From Eledone cirrhosa (Eukaryota), in contig OZ024744.1 of the NCBI GenBank assembly GCA_964016885.1, positions 53,134,001 through 53,198,000 on the forward strand: a DNA stretch of 64,000 nt, given 5' to 3'. This document shows positions 23,401 through 37,204 of the stretch, piece after piece (position 1 is the first letter of the stretch; every line of letters begins with the position of its first letter). The translations under genes were made by a program, and so were the position numbers. The notes below the pieces were generated by a model. The model worked only from the letters and a program-made list of their open reading frames with translations. It searched no databases and was not told the DNA's origin.

Positions 23401-25418
23401 TATCAATTGCTTGGATAGATTATAAAAAAGCATTCGATAGTTTGCCACACAGTTGGATTGAAAAATGTTTAGAGATTTTCAAAATATCTCCCGTTGTCAG
23501 GAGGTTCCTGTCATTCAGTATGAAGACATGGAAAACGACACTCCTTTTGAATAGGGAAAAAAAATCACTGGAAGATGGAGAAGTTAATATTAATTGTGGA
23601 ATTTTTCAGGGTGACTCTTTATCACCGCTTTTATTCTGCATCGCACTTATACCATTAAGTAAAATGCTCAATGAAACAAAACATGGATATAAAGTCTATG
23701 ACAAAACCATTAATCACCTGTTCTACATGGATGACCTGAAACTATTTGCAAAAAATGGTGAACAATTGCAAGGGCTATTATCCACTGTGGAGCAGTTCAG
23801 TGATGACATTAAAATTGAGTTTGGACTAGAGAAATACGCCAATGCAACGTTCACCAGAGGAAAGCTGCTGAAAAGTTCTGACATTAATCTTGATCGGGGG
23901 AATGTGATAAGGGAATTTGATCAAGAGGAAACTTACACATATCTAGGCGTTTGTGAAGGAGACGGAATCACGCACTCGACAATGGGGGTAGGATAAGGAA
24001 GGAATGTTACCGCAGAGTAAGAGCAATCTTAAGAACGGAATTGAATGCAAGGAATAGGATTGGTGCCATACACACGCTTGCCATACCAGTAGTAACCTAC
24101 AGTTACAATGTCATCAACTGGTCAAGCACAGAGATCCGTAGGCTCGATACAAAAATTAGAAAATTCTTAACCATGCACAGAATGCATCACCCTAAGGCAG
24201 ATACAGATAGAATATATCTCCCTAGGAAAGAAAGAGGACGTGGGTTAATCCAGTTAGAGATTGCGTTGAAAACTGCAACAATTGGATTATCTACATATCT
24301 AAGGGAATCACATGATTGGATGATCAAACTCGTTTTGAAACACGAAAGCATCAAGAGATCATACTCCATTACAAAAGATGCACAAAGATACACTGTAATG
24401 GACTACAAATTTCAGAAGTCCCATTTATTGCTGAAATGGAAAACACAGAAAAAGCAAAGCAGGTAAAAGTAACTCCAAAGAACGAACTGCTACAAAAACT
24501 GGCTAAGAAATGGCAAGAAAAGCCTCTGTATGGAAAATACCCCAAAAGAGCTAACAATCCTGACATTGACAAAACTTTAACCCATCAGTGGTTAGCATGT
24601 TCTGGACTGAAATCGGAGACTGAAGGACTGATTATATCAGCACAAGATCAGTGTCTGCCAACAAAAAATTACCAAGCCAACATAATAAAAAATGGATGCA
24701 ACCCATTATGCCGTGTATGTAAAAAACAACCAGAGACCATTGATCATATAATTTCAATGTGCAATCCTATAGCTCCAACCGAATACCAAATGAGGCCTGA
24801 CAGAGCTGCACAATACATACATTGGATAATGTGTAAGCATTTTGACCTGCCCCATCAAAAGAATTGGTGGGAGCATCAACCACCTCCCATACTTGAAAAA
24901 GATCACATCTCAATCTTGTAGTACTTTAGCATCCAAACAGACCGAAAAATAGATGCAAATAGACCTGATATAATACTGAAGGAATTTAAAAGAGGGTATG
25001 CCTGCTAATTGATATGTCCCTGCCAATAGACAAGAATGTATCTATAAAAACATTTGAAAAATTGAGCAAGTACAAGGACCTGGAGATAGAAATTGGAAAA
25101 ATGTGGAAATTGAGAACGAAAATAATACTAGTGGTTGTAGGCGCTCTAGGAATGATACCTCAGGGGTCTAATGATTACTTATCGCAAATCCCAGGAAACC
25201 CGCGTATAGGAGAAATACAAAAGATAGTACTAATGGGAACGGCCCATATACTAAAGAAGACTCTATCAACATAAGTACATCACAAGTCTAAACACCTAAA
25301 GATGCATGTGTGTGTATGTATGTTCTTCCTTGAACATGGCGGACCTTGTTGTCTCTTGAGGTCACTGGTTGTGACTTGGTGATAACTCGTATGAACATAA
25401 ACCAAGATAAATGCAACT

Positions 25419-25450
<32 letters not shown>
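20460..25450 (+). mobile_element. R4/Dong-type element, probably near full length (5' limit uncertain), with (TAA)n tail
   Basis: Same family as 13308-15690. It starts after (AAT)n at 20438-20459. The 20460-21650 region may be the 5'UTR or partly a separate insertion. Confidence 0.85.
21651..25274 (+). pseudogene. Dong/R4 single ORF (Myb-like N-terminus, RT, CCHC, RLE), several stops and frameshifts
   Basis: KWSREDN motif, WKSPGKDKI, QGDSLSP, YMDD, CRVC, KYKDL across ORFs 21651..25274. Confidence 0.9.
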
Positions 25451-25455
<5 letters not shown>

Positions 25456-25477
25456 TAATAAATTATTAATAATTAAT

Positions 25478-25693
25478 GCCTGTGCGTGAAGAATATTTTG
25501 AAAGTGAGGGAAGACTGTGCACTGAGCCAATCCCACTCTCTGAAGAAAAGATCAACATCATCGGTAACTACTGAGCCGCAGGTTTTATGTCGGAGTTAAC
25601 CGAGTTTCCTGAGATGTTCCTGGGCTGGATACCCGATCGCGCAGTGAAGGACCCCTAGCCCTTGTCAGGGCATTCTTTGAGGGAGAAGGAATC
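25478..25693 (-). mobile_element. Short retroposon or LINE 3' end, AT-rich tail towards the array
   Basis: Homologous to 59152-59390. The minus strand ends ...cacgcacaggcattaattatt. Family not identified. Confidence 0.55.
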
Positions 25694-26565
<872 letters not shown>

Positions 26566-27139
26566 ATTATTATCTCCAAATTATTTGTCGAGCAATATTG
26601 GCCATGACTGCTGCTACGGTTGTAGGCAGGCCGCTGTCTTATTAGCAAACCACTTTCCACTGATTGACCTCGATGTCACGTGTTCGATTCTTTTTGAATT
26701 TGCCACAGACGTAGAGGCAGTGATTTTCTCAATGGCTTGGAATTCAGTCCACGCTTCGCTATTTCCTATCCACTGAATTATTTTTTAATAAGTTTCCAGT
26801 GTCCTCGCTTTGCCTGGAAACTTACACGAGAATAGACTTTCCTGACGACGGAATGCTTCTCAATATTATTCTTCGGAAAATATATTTACTCCATTCCAGA
26901 AACTAATTAGTTGGAAGTGATATTTTAGTAAGTAAGTTAATTTTATAATTTTCTTATTTTACGTCTCTTATATTATTGTTCTGCAACCCCATGCATTGAA
27001 CCACACTGTTATTAAGACAAAACCTATATATTTGCTAGCATTGATATGGATCTGTATGTATATATATGTTAAGGGATATGAATTCTTTATTATATATATG
27101 GTTAGGAGTCATAAAAACCACGTTTTATTGAACCTGATT

Positions 27140-27500
27140 TTATATATGTATATATATATCATGTGTATATATATATATATTTTATATGTGTATATATGTT
27201 TATTTTATATATATGTATGTATATATATATGTATATATGTTATATATATGTGTATATGTATGTGTATTTTATATATATATATGTTTGTATGTTTAATGTG
27301 TGTATATATTTTGTGTACGTATATATTGTATGTATATATATTTTATGTATATATATTTTATATATATGTATGTTCTGTGTATATATATATATTTTATATA
27401 TATATACACAGAACATACATATATATAAAATCTATATATATATTTTATATATATATATATGCTTGTGCGTACATACATACATATATATATATACACACCT
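27140..27500. repeat. Degenerate (TA)/(TATG) low-complexity tract
   Basis: Seen directly. Confidence 0.8.
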
Positions 27501-28112
27501 GTATGGATTTGTGTGTGTAGATGTGTGAGTGTCTAAGGGGGTAGGTGTGAGTGTATGTACAAGTCAACCAGCATAAACCTTTTATTTCTAAATTTTCTAA
27601 ACTATCTAAGTATTGGACTCTAACCATTATTTTAAGTATTACCACCCCACATTAATTCCTCAATGTGTATGTGTGGATGTGTGTGTGTGTCTGTGGAGGT
27701 GGATGTGAGTGTACATGCAAGCCAACCTACATAACTCTTTTTATTTGTAAATGTTCTACTCTAACCATAAATTTCAGTAGCACTACTCCACATAAATTCC
27801 TCAATTTAAGAATGACCTGTAGTATCTATTTCATACTATTAACCTTAATTGAATATATACCTGACCAGGAATGCTTTTGTGAAAATCAGTCATATGGAAC
27901 TATTGTCATCTTGCCTGACAGTTTGAACTTTACAACACCACCTGCCTCTTTGAGGTCAAATACCAACCCTACTACCATCTACAAACTGACCGATGAGAAT
28001 CAAGACTATTCCTGCTGACAACATCAAAGTATTCCTAACAAGCTCATATGCCCTAAGGCTATGATACCATCAACACTATAAACACAGAGCTAGCATATCT
28101 AAGAACTGACTA

Positions 28113-28168
28113 ACTGCCTGATGAGGTCATAGCCATTCAATGGCTATCATCGAAATATATATAGCAGT
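28113..28168 (+). ncRNA. Minimal type I hammerhead ribozyme (Penelope/retrozyme type)
   Basis: Stem I ACTGC/GCAGT; core CTGATGA 28118-28124; stem II GGTcATAGCCA-ttcaa-TGGCTATcATC; GAAA 28152-28155; short palindromic stem III; AUA cleavage triplet after 28163. Confidence 0.8.
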
Positions 28169-28209
28169 AAATAAAGGATTATGAGTTCATGCAATTGACT
28201 TATGTTTCG

Positions 28210-28286
<77 letters not shown>

Positions 28287-28509
28287 GCCTCTTACATACA
28301 TACACACACACACACTAACACACACATATTCATATATATATATGCCTCTGTGTGTGTGTGTGTATGCATGTATATGTGCATTTACGCATGTACTTTAAAG
28401 TACTATTATACCTATAAAATACATACGCTGAACTAACTTTGTAATATATAAAGAATTAAGAGGAGGAAAAAGCTAGTATATATTTATATACAAATACTAA
28501 TGCGTTAGG

Positions 28510-28678
28510 CTGGACTTACACATTGTGATTTATTTGTTTTGTTATTTTGTTTATTATTTATGTTCAATATTGCTGTTTGTTATGTATATATTTTCATTAT
28601 TCTATGTTTCCTCTGAATGTTTCCTTCAGCGGATGCCCTTGTGGCAAAATAAATAATAAAGAAACCAATATTATTATT
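28510..28678 (+). mobile_element. 3' terminus of another Tx1-like family with a short (TAT)n tail
   Basis: GCCCTTGTGGCAA...AATAAAGAAA + ttattatt matches the terminal motif of the other Tx1 copies. The 5' limit is approximate. Confidence 0.55.
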
Positions 28679-29724
28679 CCTGATCACCATCGAGGAAGAG
28701 GTGGAGTTGTCGTAGCCTGAGCGCGTGTCTGCGCATCATCAGCTGGGCATACCGTGACTGATGATGCGCAGACACGCGCTCAGGCTACGACATCTCCACC
28801 TCTTCCTCGACGGTGATCAGGTGTGGTCGCCTTTTGCTAGACGCGTCTTTCCCCAGCTCGTCTCCATGACGGAGCTGCAATCCTGGGTCAAGCGAAGACC
28901 GAGAGGGAGCGCTTGGAGACTGGAATGTCTTCAGGCACTCACAGCCCTCGACCAATCGGGCAATGTGATCGGTGGAAACTCCACGATGGCGTTCTATAGA
29001 GGAGCTTTGCCAGTTCGGGATAAACTCTACAGGCATGGAGGGGGCGTCAACTGGGCATGTCCGAGATGCGCGCAGGGCGAAGAAACCGTCCTGCACGCAC
29101 TCGTCCAGTGTCCGAGCATTGCTGACTTGTGGGTTTATGTCGTACACCTGCTGTCACGTGTAGGACGGATCCAGTTATCAGCTGAGTCCATCGTGCGGAT
29201 TGCCCCGCCATCTCCCTTTAGCCGGGAAGGGCAGGCAGTTTTTATCTGTCTGGTGGCAATGGCGAAAGAGATAGTATGGTGGACAAGTTTGAAAGGGCTG
29301 AAGACGAGCACTTACCTCTTCGGTGATGCCCGGATTAACTTTTTAAAATTTCATTTGAAAAGGAAAATCAGGGTAGAGAGGGAAGTGCTCTCTTCCCAGC
29401 ATTTTGTTGAAAGATGGGTGAGAGAGGCAAGAATGGTCCGAGTGAATGGGCCTATTCTGAGTATGTGTCTGTAAATTAAAGGTGGAAAACTGGGAGAGGG
29501 CATTTGCCCTGGTGGTCAGGGTCACTGTGGATTTTAATGGGCTTTCTCCACAAATGTCCCTCGGAAGTCTCCCCCCTATTGGGGAATTTTTTCATTTTTA
29601 TTTTTTTGTTACATCCTCTGTTTTTGTTTTTTACACGCAGAAATGCCCATTTGTACTCTCCTGTATTGTCCTGTACTTTCCTTAATGTCTACTTTATGTA
29701 AACCCTTGTGTTTAATAAAGAAAG

Positions 29725-29755
<31 letters not shown>
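28679..29755 (+). mobile_element. Tx1 (C/E family) 5'-truncated copy with an inverted 5' duplication and (TAT)n tail
   Basis: ORF2 C-terminus 28761..29474, 3'UTR, tail 29726-29755. Confidence 0.92.
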
Positions 29756-32700
29756 GACGACCTACGTAGTAAATCGTATCATCGTGAGCTCTGCAAAGGT
29801 TTCTTATTTTCAGTTGTTTAAAATTGCCATTTATGGAACATTTTTATTGTTAACTGTATATAAGTGCACATACATTGATTTATGAAAAGGACACTCAAAA
29901 ATATTGGGAACTTGAGCCCAAAATTTAAACTTTTTATAATTATCAAACAAAAAAAAATTTCTTTGAAAATCATGGCCGATTCAGAGTCACACCTTCCTCA
30001 CAAGCTAACACCTCACACCGATACCACCATTGTAAATATTACTTCGTTTGCCAACACTAAAAATATATTCAGTAGCAATATTTTAAATTTGTCTCAGGCA
30101 GACATTCATTCCCGCCATTACCAATGACTGCAGGTGTTAAAGCCTCCACCCCCACCACCACCACAACGACAACAGAAACAAAAGAAAAAAATATATTAAC
30201 TCGTGATATCGAAATGTATTCAACCAAAATGAACTCTTCCACACCGAACACCACTGACGTCACCACCACCACAACTGAAACTAAAATTAACAATAACAAA
30301 AATAACGATAACAACAACAGCAACAATGAAATTAAGAAAACTACCCTGTCTTTTGCGAGAGTAACAAAAACGTGCGAAGCGATCGAGGTAACTCAGGAGG
30401 AATTAGAAGAAGCCAAAGAATGGTAAAGAAGGATGGGTACAGGGTCATTATCACCCCCCACCCACACACACACACCCACACACCTAATAAAATGGAGCAT
30501 CATCACCTTTGCACCGTGAATTATCGGACAATTAACATAAAATCGAAATTCCCTGGAAAATGGCTGCCGTTCTCGCCGGCATCGAGGCCAACACCAAGAT
30601 AATCTAAATAGCGAAAGAAAAGCAGGAGGACTGGTCCGGAACTGGGATGGAGCTCCTGATCCAAGCGGACCATAAAAGTATTGAGGAGATCCCAGAGGTA
30701 ATAGACCTCACTGACGGCAGCCACCTCACCGTAATCGTCGAGGGCAAAAGGCCTAGGTGTGTCGTTTGTGGTGAAGGAACCCACGTAAGGGCTTTCTGCC
30801 CTCAGGCTAAAAGGTTGAGGGCCCCTCTCTTACCCACCCCAGAGACTCAACCATCAACACCACAAGCAGCAGAGATGGCAGCAACAAGTGTAGCAGCAAC
30901 AACAGAAGCAACTGTAACAGCAACAACCGCATCAACAGTAGCAAAACCAACACCACCACCACCTAACGCGCCAGAACTAGCACCAGCGCCTACACCATCC
31001 ACCACACCACAACCAAAACTAACGGCTGTGGAGGATTTTCCACTCCCCGGCCTATCACAACTGGAGACAGATTGTGACGACGAGGAGTGGGAAACGATAT
31101 CCGGAAAAAAAAAAGAAACCAAAAAAGAAAAAAATTCTCTTCCTTCCCCCTCCAAAAACAAAATACAGAGGGAACAAATAAACTAAGAAACAAAAAAGTT
31201 AGGACAGATATGCCACCATCCACACCAGCATCACCAACCCCATCAACCCAAACACCAACACCATCACCATCATTAACTCCAACACCACCATCACCTACAC
31301 CACAAAAGTCACCAAAATGCGAAACAGAAACAAACCCACAACAAACGCAAACAAAACAAAACAACCAAAACGATACACACTACACAGCATTAAATTTGTA
31401 CAACAACCAATTATTACACTACATCCCACACAACACCAGCATCACAGAAAAAGACTACACAACAACCCAAAAGTTCACACCGCCTCCACACATACAAATC
31501 ACTCGCATCACACAGAAAACGTACACGACACTAAAACAAAAATTCTCCAAAGACATCGGAGACTTATAAGGACATCCTTCCGGAGGAGGCCACAAGCCGT
31601 GAAAAGGATGCACAAACCATCCTTCCTCTACGAGAAGTAAGGTAAGTGGTATTTCCCATCTTTTCCACTCCATTTCAACATGACCTCACTCAGAATAGGC
31701 AGCATAAATGCGCGTGGCTTGGGGTCCGTCATGGAAGCAGGGCCACCTGCTCAACGACCTCAGGTCACTAAACATAGATGTAGTGGCCATCAGCGAGACC
31801 AGAATCTCCGAAGCACGGGCCTTCGCACCGATCTTCGGCGGCTACGATGTGTACGCATCTCCCAGCCGTCCGGGATCGGGGGGTGGAGTTGCTGTGCTTT
31901 TTCGGAGAGGTTTGGATCTAGCCATACGGGCCATCTTCCTGTACCCAGAAGGTAAGTTGGTGGTGCTAGACGTAACCAACGGAGACGGGCAAGCTTTTAG
32001 GCTAGTGGCCGTCTATGCCCCGACAGGAGCAGGGCGGCCTGATTTCTTCCGGCGTCTGGAGACCTTTCTTGGAACGTCCGGCTCTATAGTGTTAGTGGAA
32101 TCTGGAACGCGAACTTAGATGCGCGCTGGTACTGTGTGGGGTTAGCAGACAGGGGAGGAGGGTGCAAGAGCCTCACCAACCTGCTCAGGCGTTTTGAACT
32201 GTCTGACAGTTGGTTTTGCCGAATGTGCCAATGTGGACTTGGACAAATCGTAGGGTTATCCAGATCATATCTAGATAGAGTATTTTGTAGGGAAATAGAT
32301 AGGTCTAGCATAGGCTGTCCACAATTCAAGATAGTCAGCTACACGGACCACAAATTCGTGATCTGTGTGCTTGACTTAGATAGGTTTCATAGACGAGGAT
32401 CCGGCTACTGGAAGCTAAACGCGTCCTTACCAGCCTCAAAGCCAACAGAGACCAGATTAGCGAACTAATTAAGCGGGCGTTGACGGGGTCCATCGTCAAC
32501 AACAAGTAGTGGTTTGCTCTGCAAAGAGCAAAAAGAATAAAGTCCATTAGGTTTAGTAAGGCTCTAGCAATAGAAAAAAATAAAGCAGAGGGAGAATTAG
32601 TTAGAAAATTAGACGAGGCGCTTAGCAAAGGCATCGCCACAAACGTACTTGCGGCGAAATTGGCCCTTGACCAATTCTTCAATGCAAAGCACAAAGGCTG

Positions 32701-35287
32701 CGTTGTCAGAGCTAGGGTGCGTGCTTTCAGACACGAGGGGACGAAAGCCTTTCGATGGGCCAGACTGGCAGAGGCGCGTCGTGCCAACAAAGCCACGATC
32801 CGGTCTTTGGTGAACCACGACGGCCGCATGCTACTCGATCCCGGGCAAATGTGTGAAGCCTTTCAGCGACAGTTCGCACAGCTGTTCGGGGGCGGCGGCA
32901 GGCCGGGTCGAGGGATGGACTTTAGTGTCTACCTCGACGGACTGCCGCGGCTCTCGGCCACTGAGGCGGAGTGTTGCGAAAAGCCAATAAAAGCCGCTGA
33001 AGTACGGGAGGCAATGACTGGTTGCACAAGGGGTAAATCGCCTGGTTTGGATGGTCTGCCCTATGAACTTTACGTACAGATGCCAGACTTGTTCGGAGGC
33101 CTCTTGGCGGACGTCTACTGCAACTGGCAACAGAACGGGAGAATTCCCAGCTCTGTGAGCCGAGGAGCTGTGGCGCTGCTGAGAAAGGATCCGAACAAGG
33201 GGGATAACAGATAATTTTTGACCCATAACTCTGCTAAACACAGAGTTCAAGATTTGGCCAAGGTACTAGCGAAGAGGCTGGCGCTTATCGTTGGTGGTCT
33301 GGTGGGAGAAGCGCAGACATGCGCCATTCCCGACAGATCCACCCACGACAACCTCCACCTTATGCGATACATCGTACAGAGGGTAGGTAGGGAACCTGGC
33401 ACGTTTGGGTCCTTGATCAATTTAGATCAGTCGAAAGCTTTCGATAGGGTCGACCATGGTTACCTAGCGGCATTCTTGAGGGCGGCTGGCTTTGGGCCCG
33501 TCTTCAGAGGCTGGATCGCTGCCATGCACAGCGACATCTGCTCTGTGGTGAGAGTGAACGGTCACTTTTCGGAACCGTTCAACAACATGCGCTCGGTCCG
33601 CCAAGGATGTCCCCTCTCGTCCCTCTTGTACGTATTGACTCTAAAGTCATTACTGTACAAACTGGAGACGTTGAGGGTGGTCCCGCGCGAACTAGGATGC
33701 GGACGATCCGTGTCAGCATATGCGAACGATGTCACCGTAGTAGTGTCGAACGCTAAACACATCGAGGCGATCGGAACTACACTAAGAGAATACGAAGCGG
33801 TGACAGGGGCAATGATCAACCAGGAAAAGTCAGTGGTCCTGCAGCTCGGCACCTGGAGAGGCAGGTCCATGCCGTCCAACACCGCCGTCGGGCGCTGGAC
33901 AGACGGACCGGTTAAATTGCTAGGGTTCTGATTCTGTCCGGACCTCCAGACGGACAAAAACCGGGACGAGGTGACGAGCAGGGTGGCTTCTCTTACCCAG
34001 AAATGGGCGGAGGGGAAGCTATCCCTGAAAGGTCAAACGGAGGTGGCTAACGCGTATATCGCGTCCGTCATCTACTACCGCCTGACCGTCGTACCTTGTC
34101 CTAAGCCCCGCCTGACTGCGCTGGAGCATTTGCTCTTTCGCTTTTTGTGGAAGGGACGCGCTCCGATGGTCAGGCGGTCCATCTGCTGTCAACTCCCGAT
34201 ACGTGGAGGGCTGGGAATGCGATGGCTGATGATGCGCAGACACGCGCTCAGGCTACGACATCTCCACCTCTTCCTCGACGGTGATCAGGTGTGGTCGCCG
34301 TTTACTAGACGGGTCTTTCCCCAGCTCGTCTCCTTGACGGAGCTGCAGTCTCGGGTCAAACGAAAACCGAGAGGGAGCGCTTGGAGACTGGAATGTTTTC
34401 AGGCGCTCACAGCCCTCGACCAATCGGGCAATGTGATCGGTGGAAACTCCACCTTAGCGGTCTATAGAGGATTAGTGGAGGGGAAGAGCGACAACGTCCT
34501 TGTGGAAACTCTAGGCGTCGACGAAAATCAACTAGCCAATCTCTTCGGAAGAACTTTCGGGCCGGGGCCTATGGATAACTTCCAGAAATCCCTGGCCTGG
34601 CAGTGCTACCGAGGAGCTTTGCCAGTTCGAGATAAACTCTACAGGTATGGAAGTGCCGTCAGACGAGCATGTCCGAGATGCGCGCAGGGCGACGAAACCG
34701 TCCTGCACGCACTCGTCTAGTGTGCGAGCATTGCTGACTTGTGGGTTAATGTTGAACACCTGCTGTCGCGTGTAGGTCGGATCCAGTTATCAGCTGAGTC
34801 CATCGTGAGGATTGCCCCGCCCTTTTCCTTTAGTCGGGAAGGGCAGGCAGTTTTCATCTGTCTGGTGGCCATACAAAAGAGATAGTATGGTGGACACGTT
34901 TGAATGGGCTGAAGACGAGGTTAGAGAGTGAAGTGCTCTCCTCCCAGCATTTTGTTGAAAGATGGGTGAGAGAGGCAAGAATGGCCCGAGTGAATGGGCC
35001 TACTCTGAGTATGTGTCTGTAAATTAAAGGTGGAAAACTGGGAGAGGGCACTTGCCCTGGTGGTCAGGGTCACTGTGGCTTTTTAATGGGCTTTCTCCAC
35101 GAACGTCCCTCGGAAGACCACCCTATTGGGGAATTTTTTCATTGTTCTATTATTACATCCTCTGTTTCTTGTTTTTTACACGCAGAAATGTCCATTTGTA
35201 CCGTCCTGTATTGTCCTGTACTATCCTTAATGTCTACTTTATGTAAACTATTGTGGTTAATAAAGAAAGCATTATTATTATTATTAT
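29756..35287 (+). mobile_element. Tx1 copy E, full length, degraded (C/E family)
   Basis: The 5' end matches copy C. ORF1 pieces lie at about 29972-31640, ORF2 runs from ATG 31680 to about 35020, and the tail is at 35271-35287. Confidence 0.93.
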
Positions 35288-35766
35288 TTTTATCTGTCTG
35301 GTGGCCATGGCGAAAGAGATAGTATGGTGGACACGTTTGAAAGGGCTGAAGACGAGCACTTACCTCTTCGGTGATGCCCTGATTAACTTTTTCAAATTTC
35401 ATTTGAAAAGGAAAATCAGGGTAGAGAGGGAAGTGCTCTCTTCCCAGCATTTTGTTGAAAGATGGGTGAGAGAAGCAAGTATGGCCCGAGTGAATGGGCC
35501 TACTCTGAGTACGTATCTGTAAATTAAAGGTGGAAAACTGGGAGAGGGCACTTGCCCTGGTGGTCAGGGTCACTGTGGTTTTTTAATGGGCTTTCTCCAC
35601 AAATGTCCCTCAGTAGTCTCCCCCCTATTGAGGAATTTTTCTTTGTTATTTTATTACATCCTCTGTTTTTTTTTACACGCAGAAATGCCCATTTGTACCG
35701 TCCTGTATTGTCCTGCACTGTCCTTAATGTCTACTTTATGTAAACCCTTGTGGTTAATAAAGAAAA

Positions 35767-35824
<58 letters not shown>

Positions 35825-35825
35825 G
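35288..35825 (+). mobile_element. Tx1 copy F, short 5'-truncated copy with a long (TAT)n tail
   Basis: ORF2 end (ICLVAMAKEIVWWTR...) plus 3'UTR plus about 19 TAT units. Confidence 0.92.
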
Positions 35826-36739
35826 TTGTTATTGGACTTGTTGTTCTTATTTTCTTCTTTTTCTTCACTTGTATGACAAGCCCAATATTAGTAAGTAAGG
35901 TAGTTCTCTCCACCGACATATTTCTGTAGTTGATTCTGTTCTTGTGCAAGGAGAGAGAGGCGGGGGGGGGGGGGGGGGGGGATAAGAGAGAAATAGAAAG
36001 ATAGAGAGAGAGAAGAGAGAAAGATAGAGAGAGAGAGAGGAGAGAAAGACAAGATAGAGGGAGAGAGAGACACACAGTGAGAGAAAGAGAGAGAGAATGT
36101 GTGTGTATGTGTGTGATGTCGACTTGTCACCCGTTTCTTTCGGTCATAATCAATGTATGTATGTAAGTACCATTGAATAGGAGCATTATAATAGGTCAGA
36201 CATGGCCCACACACCAACCACTCCCGGCCATTTGTTGTCGATACAATCGCTGCAGTTGAAATGTCCTTTATAACCTCTTGGGAATTCTCCTTTTTAGCGG
36301 CTCTCAAATCACATACTTGTAGAATTAGATGTTGGGTTATAAAAGAACCAAATGGAAGGCAAGACAACAACAGCAACAGCAACAACAGAAACAACAATAA
36401 CTGCAACAACAAGAAATGCTTATTTATTTTATGATAAATTCTATTCATGTTTTATCGATATTTTTATTTGTATTTTGTATTTTACTTCTTCATTTTGGTC
36501 ATTGTTGTTGTTGGTGTTGTTGTTGTGTGCTGTTGTGTGTCTAGTTCTTATTGCTGTTACTGTAGTTGTTAGTGTTGTTGCCATTGCTGTTGCAGTTGTA
36601 GTTGCTGCTGTTGTAGTTATTGTTGTTGTTGCCCATGTTATTGCTGCTACTGCTGCTGGATTGTTGCTTTTGTAGTGGCTGTTTTCATGCAGACATTAAC
36701 TGATTTTCAGTCTTGTACGCATACACACACCTATACATG

Positions 36740-36820
<81 letters not shown>
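36740..36820. repeat. (TA)n microsatellite
   Basis: Seen directly. Confidence 0.95.
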
Positions 36821-36827
<7 letters not shown>

Positions 36828-37204
36828 TAAGCACACACATGTTTAAACACTTGTGTGCATATATTAATAATCCAACCTTTAGGAAAAATTAGTGCAACAT
36901 GCCTACATACTTACATACACGTATGCATATGTATATTATGTATATGTATGTATATATGCACATATGTATGTTATGTATATATATATACATATATATGAAT
37001 ATACTGTTATATTTAGCGAAGGTCATATTGTTATAATATTGCCAGAAATAATAACAGAACACATTCACTGTTTGGTTTGTTTTCGCTTCTGTATATTTTA
37101 TATCTCTATAGTTAATTTATTTAGCAATCAATGTTTATTATTGATTGACCAACGGTTAAAATTACAGATATAAATATATATATATAGTCTATCAAAGTTA
37201 TTTC

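Noticed and set aside
26580-26900. Higher-complexity island between microsatellites
   Set aside because: No TIRs, motifs or second copy in the window.
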